From NCBI GenBank assembly GCA_000934665.2, contig JYFJ02002078.1, positions 1 through 63,482 of the forward strand: DNA of 63,482 nt, given 5' to 3'. Positions 58,393 to 63,482 of the stretch are shown in pieces. This stretch comes from Catajapyx aquilonaris. Its lineage: Eukaryota. The notes below the pieces were generated by a model. The model did no database searches, had not been told where the DNA came from, and saw only the letters and a list, made by a program, of their open reading frames with translations. Numbering within the stretch: the first letter of the stretch is position 1; each line of letters starts with the position of its first letter. Made by a program: the position numbers and the translations under genes.

Positions 58393-58678
58393 TTTTTTTT
58401 TTTTTTTTTTACCCCGTGATAGAGCCAGTGGCTCTCTTAGGGGGGAAGGGGGTGGTTCCCTAGGGAGGGCGCTGAAATTTTTAGTCATTTCTGACTTATG
58501 AAAATACACCAGGCCTTTTCTACTGGCCCCAGGCAGATAGGGAGTGCATTTCTGCCCTGGCATGTCGGGTGAAAAGCTGAAAAAGACCCGGCCAAGCAGA
58601 GGTGACGGGGACGGGATTTGAACCCCGGCCTCCCGCTTGGCTGGCCAACGGCGTAGCCGCTAGACCACCATGCCGCCC
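58393..58678 (-). mobile_element. tRNA-derived SINE, family B, full length
   Basis: Head GGGCGGCATGGTGGTCTAGCGG...GGTTCAAATCCC, poly-A tail, 14-bp TSD ATTTTTGAGGAGTT (58379-58392, 58679-58692). Confidence 0.94.
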
Positions 58679-58814
58679 ATTTTTGAGGAGTTCAATTCCT
58701 GTGGTGATCAGCAGAAAGGCAAATGAGAATGTCAAAGTAATAAGACCCTAAGCTTGCATCAACTTGAATGGTGTCCAAGTTGACCATTACATGGTAAATC
58801 AGTTATTGGCATTA

Positions 58815-58966
58815 AGGCCATTTCACAAAAAGATTTTGCGGCAGCGGCAAGCGGCAAACGCGTGCCCCGCCAATTGTTATTAATTATTGGCAATAAGAAA
58901 TATAAATAAGAAATATGCCGCAACGCGCTCCGTTTGCCGCGCGACATTTTTTTTGTGAAATGGCCT
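58815..58966. mobile_element. PIF/Harbinger MITE, same family as 7714-7864
   Basis: TTA-AGGCCATTTCACAAAAA ... TTTTTGTGAAATGGCCT-TTA. Confidence 0.9.
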
Positions 58967-60279
58967 TTATGCTTTTGTCACTTTAAACCAGGTTTTTTGT
59001 TGTTTCATTTGCTTATATTAAATATCCTTAATTGTTGTATTGCACATCATACATGTGCCCCTTATTTCGTGGTCACCCAAGTAGTGCAACACATCTGAAG
59101 GAAGTTGAGTGTCTCCAAGTGACTGGTGCATTTTGCAATGAGACTTGTACTGTACAGTATATTAGTCCACTCATAAATGGCACTACCGTCATTTTATATC
59201 CATCATTCCTGGAACATAGGCAGGCCAGAAACTTTTGGAGATAATCAGGTAGGCCTTGTTTCACAACTTTTCTTTTTAAAATCCTGTTTTACTACCCTTT
59301 GCAAAATGGGGCCTACCTGTACCTGCTGAAATACAGCATTTTTGTGAATTCATCTTCCGAAATGTTAACGGGTGGTAGGAGATATGCATGTGGAAGAGGC
59401 ATGGCATGGGTTTGAAAGGCCGTCAATAACCTTTGACATCAACGATGTCTATTGTGACAAGTATGGATATCGATATTTATACCCCATTAGGCCGTTACGT
59501 GCCTGCATCTCTGCTTGCTCAGGGGAGGTGCTTACACTCCCAGACCATTGCTCAACTAACCTGGCCTGGCAACCAGCAAGGAAGGCATGTACAGGTGTAT
59601 CCATACTTGGCAGGATAGACGATGTCAATGTCAGTGGTTGACATCCCCAAGGCGGACTGTTGATGCCCTGCTTCTTCCATATGCACTCCCTATCATCCAT
59701 ATCATTTTGGCAGATGAATTCACAAGCAGGCAGTATAACTATAAGGAGCTTGGAACAATGAAATTGCCAACTACACTGGAACATACTGCATATTGAGAAC
59801 CAGTACAATTTTTAGTACTGCATTATTCTTGTTTCTTACCAGAAAATTACAGTAATTGTACGAAATTTAGTCAATTCTGACCATTGTAAAGTATAGCTAT
59901 TGTGTATTTCAGCAAAGGAAAATAACATGGGGGCAACAGTTGTAAGAATCACGGCATTAGTACGAAGTATTTACTAGTATGATTGTTTATTCCAGGGAAC
60001 TGCAACATGAACCTGACGACAGCAACGATTAATTGGCGACATAATTAGGAGGATTCATCAATGTTGGTACTTGCAACGAAATTGCTTTCTGTGCCATGCA
60101 AAATGTTTTAGGCCTCATTTAATAGTACAAATGATGGAGTGTCAAAAGAAGATTTATAGGAAACGTCAAATCCAATATTTGTGTGAACACAAGCAAAATT
60201 GATGTGGCATCCATCTGCTCTTTCAGGCGTAGTACCTTATTTAGGACACCAATAAAGCTATCAAAATTAGAGTTTTTAA

Positions 60280-60321
<42 letters not shown>

Positions 60322-61748
60322 TCATACCCCGTTATCAGCCTATCGGCTCTTTAGGGGGGAAGTTTTGTTTTGCCTGGAACTCTTTGCTTTCATTTTACTG
60401 CACTTTTTGGGATAGGATAGGGATGGAAGGAAGCGGCTGTGGCCTATTAATTACGGAAGCAACTCCGGAATTTTCCTGGCATGGCGAGGAAGGGCCAGTT
60501 GAGCCTCGACGGAGTTTCGGTCCATTAGAATAATAATAATTGCGAGATCTACAAGGGGAGGAGTTTTTAAGAAACAGCTCACAACATCTTGGCTCTGGAT
60601 TCGAATTTGGGAAATATCTTGACGGTCATCGATGGCCAAAGTTGTCCTCTCTTACTCCTCCAAAGCGTGATTAATTTGGGCTACTGGTTTTTGCACCAGC
60701 TGTTAAATCAGAGGGAGAACTTCCAATATACAGGGTGTAACAAGACCCCATGCATAAATTTTAAAGGTGGGTAGGGGACCCCAAAGCAAACATTTTTGAC
60801 CAATGAACCCACCCTCTAAAAAAATGACTCACCCTCTAAAAAATCATCAAATTTACTGAAATTCATAACTTGTTAGTACCTGTGGTACGGTAACAGTTAT
60901 GTGGTTTGCTGCTACTCTATGGTAGCTTTATCATGGTAGTGTCGACAAGTAATTGTCTGGTACAGCATAACAAGTAAAAGTCTGGAAAATAAACAATTCA
61001 GTGTTGTTCCAATCAACTCGGGAATCTCTTGTGCGCCGTTGTAGGCTGTGTGTACAAGTGGCTGGAGGACACTTTTAGCAGCTCCTTTGATTACAGTTTT
61101 GTGTTGGGTGCAATAAAGGTGGTGGTGAGTTTCATGTCAGCTTTCATTGATTTGTGATGGTGATGACTTTTTACAGTACTGTACTAAATTGTCAACACTA
61201 TACCATGACAACGCTCCTGTTGAGTAGCAGCAACCACATAACTGTTACTACAGGTACTAACCAGTTAGCAATTTCAGTAAATTTGCTGATTTTTTTAGAG
61301 GGTGGGTTCATTGGTCAAAAATGTTTGTTTTGGGGTCCCCTACCCACCTTTAAAATTTATGCATTGGGTCTTGTTACACCCTGTAGAACAGTTGGTTCCC
61401 TGTTGCCCAAGCCCTTTTTAAATTATTTAGCCCGAACCAGTTCCCTGGCAACCTGGACAGGCAACCAACTGTTCTATATTGGAAGTCCTCCCTCCGCTTT
61501 TACAAGGTGAGGTGGTGAAATGGTTTAAATAGCTGTGCAAAAACCAACAGCCCAAATTAATTGCGCTTTGGTGGAGTAAGAGAGGTATACTTTGGCCGTC
61601 AATGACCGTCGAGATGTTTCCCAAATTCGAATCCGGAGCCAAGATGTTGTGAGCTGTTTCTTAAAAACTCCTCCCCTTGTAGATCTCGAAATTATTATTC
61701 TAATGGATAGAAACTCCGTCGGGGGCTCAATTGCCCCTTCCTCGCCAT
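60280..61748 (-). mobile_element. Retroelement 3' fragment with (TTA)n tail and a head-to-head inverted duplication
   Basis: 60481-60730 plus 61384-61405 is the reverse complement of 61455-61748; the left copy continues into the same 3' hairpin/GGGGT tail as the SINEs. Confidence 0.75.
60731..61383. mobile_element. Tc1/mariner-type foldback MITE (653 bp)
   Basis: TA-CAGGGTGTAACAAGACCC ... GGGTCTTGTTACACCCTG-TA, long inverted arms. Confidence 0.92.
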
Positions 61749-62529
61749 TCTGTGAAAATTTCAGGTCTGTACCTCCAGCGAGACGCTCGCATTGGCCGTG
61801 CAGAGAGAATGATGCACCCGTGACTAGGCCAAACTTGGAAAGCTATTCTGAAAAATCACTTAGGTATCCGGCGCCTCTGAAAGTCAATAACAAAAAAGGA
61901 AGCAGGTGGTAGGGATGCAAATTAGAAGCTTATGGCTGTTTGGTATGGGTCAAATAATGGGGCACCCAAACTGCCAGAAAATGATATCTCTTTATGTGTT
62001 CTCTTGAGTTGCTGCAAACTATTTATTGCACTATGTCTCATCATGCTATCAACTGCAATACTTTATTGGCATATAGACCTGCATGACAACACTTTATTTA
62101 CTGGAAGTAATATTATTCCTAGTTGTCTACTGTTCAGGAACATGATAATAAACGCTAATTCAGTGGAAAGTTAGCTGGGTGGTAAATGAGCATTTAGAGT
62201 GGAATATGACCAGAGGGAATTCACAAATTCTGCTCTTTCTTAGCGGCAGCAGCCAAGTGGGATGGGATCGCAGAAGTCCAACACGATGGACTTTTGGCAG
62301 ATGGGAAGTAGGTGGGGGTTGGCAGTGAAGGGTCACAACTGTTTATCCAGATATGCTCCTGCAATCCTCTGCCTGCTTCTATTGCCAAATTTGTGAAACA
62401 GCTTCAGAAGTATAGCGCATACGTTGTTAAAATGCTGGGAGTGATTTGTCTGACAGGAGCATCCATTTTTGACCTGTTTGAATACAGTGTTCCAAGTACA
62501 TTTTTAGTACTTAAAAAAAAGAAAAAAAC

Positions 62530-62780
62530 GTGATAGGGCGGAGCCCTCTTAGGGGGGAAGGGGAGGTTCCCATGGGAGGGAGCTGTAATTTTTAGTCATT
62601 TCTGACTTTGTGAAATACACCAGACCTTTTCTGCTGGACCCGGGCAGAGTAGGGAGTGCAATTCTGCCCCGGCATGTCGGATGAAAAGCTGAAAAAGACT
62701 CGGCCAAGCAGAGGTGACGGGGACGGGATTTGAACCCTGGCCTCCCGCTTGGCTGGCCAGTGGCGTAACCACTAGACCTC
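62530..62780 (-). mobile_element. tRNA-derived SINE, family B
   Basis: Closely matches 58411-58670; possible TSD TTAGTACTT. Confidence 0.9.
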
Positions 62781-63482
62781 CTTGTATATTAGTACTTGAG
62801 CTGTCATTTTTGCGTAGCTTGTTGTGCCCTGATCCATGCGTCCTAATCTGTAGAAACTGCTATATTTAACCATCTGGGAGTAACGGGACTTGGATTGGGG
62901 CAAAACAAGCTATGCAAAAAAACTACTTCAGTTGACATTATCATTACTAAAAATGACCCATGAACTTGGAACACCTTGCACTCTGAAAAAGGTAAATGCC
63001 AATAAAATAATTTATGCATTACTAACCAAATACAATTCTCTAATTCTACAGGTATAAGTAAAACTGCAATATGAATGATTTAGTGGATTTATAAAGATGC
63101 CTGGTGGACTATTCTGTCAGTAACCAGAAAAGTTATTGTGCAAGTTGGTGGCCATCATGACATGATAATATGGCTTTGATTGCCATCGTGCTTGTATGTA
63201 GATCTGTGCCACATTGACTGGGATTTTTGTAGAAATACAGGGTGATCCAACTCTATGGCACCAGTAGTTATTGAAAAAATCGCGCAAGCTGCTTGTTTAT
63301 AAGCAAGTCGTTACTAAGAGATGCTTTCTGGCTCTTTCTGGAGAATTGGGAATAGCACCTGCTGATATTAGGTCCAATGGCCATGTAACAATAATATTTT
63401 ATTTGCTGGTAACTAAACAACGCTGCCTGTTGACCTGTCTCAGTTTTGCCAACTGAGGCCAACAATGAACAGACCAGAAGGC

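Larger units (their letters stand above)
58066..59080 (+). mobile_element. Internally deleted Tc1/mariner element with a transposase remnant, carrying a nested SINE and MITE
   Basis: TA-CAGGGTGACCACGAAATAAGGGGCACAT ... ATGTGCCCCTTATTTCGTGGTCACCC. The frameshifted remnant at ~58260-58340 (EWP..DLMPADFFLREHLKNQVY) resembles the WPxxSPDLNPxDFFLWGxLKxxVY motif. Confidence 0.87.

Noticed and set aside
59468..59475. DRE motif TATCGATA
   Set aside because: Single copy, not near an identifiable TSS.

Overview
Eukaryotic, intron-containing DNA from an invertebrate, probably an arthropod; the taxon is an inference from gene content and the basigin/HAP2 sequence style. I rebuilt exon chains by hand from GT-AG sites with matching phases. 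Left to right: the 5' part of a large DEAH-box RNA helicase gene (runs off the left edge); MCM5; two tandem legumain paralogs; a NACHT-LRR (NLR-like) gene; a complete 15-exon HAP2/GCS1 gamete-fusogen gene, which the ORF track shows only as fragments and which has tRNA-Val(TAC) in an intron; RBM34 head-to-head with HAP2; CDPF1 and IBA57, which appear to share a promoter and first exon; and a divergent basigin-like 2-Ig membrane protein. Introns and intergenic DNA are full of non-autonomous elements: PIF/Harbinger-, Kolobok-, Tc1/pogo- and hAT/P-type MITEs, often nested, plus at least four tRNA-headed SINE families, most copies ending in a similar, covarying 3' hairpin. No CRISPR or prokaryotic systems. 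I cannot prove an entirely new system from sequence alone. The best candidates are the intact HAP2 locus, the NLR with no recognisable effector domain, the myristoylated DEAH helicase, the IBA57/CDPF1 shared-exon arrangement and the shared SINE tail.
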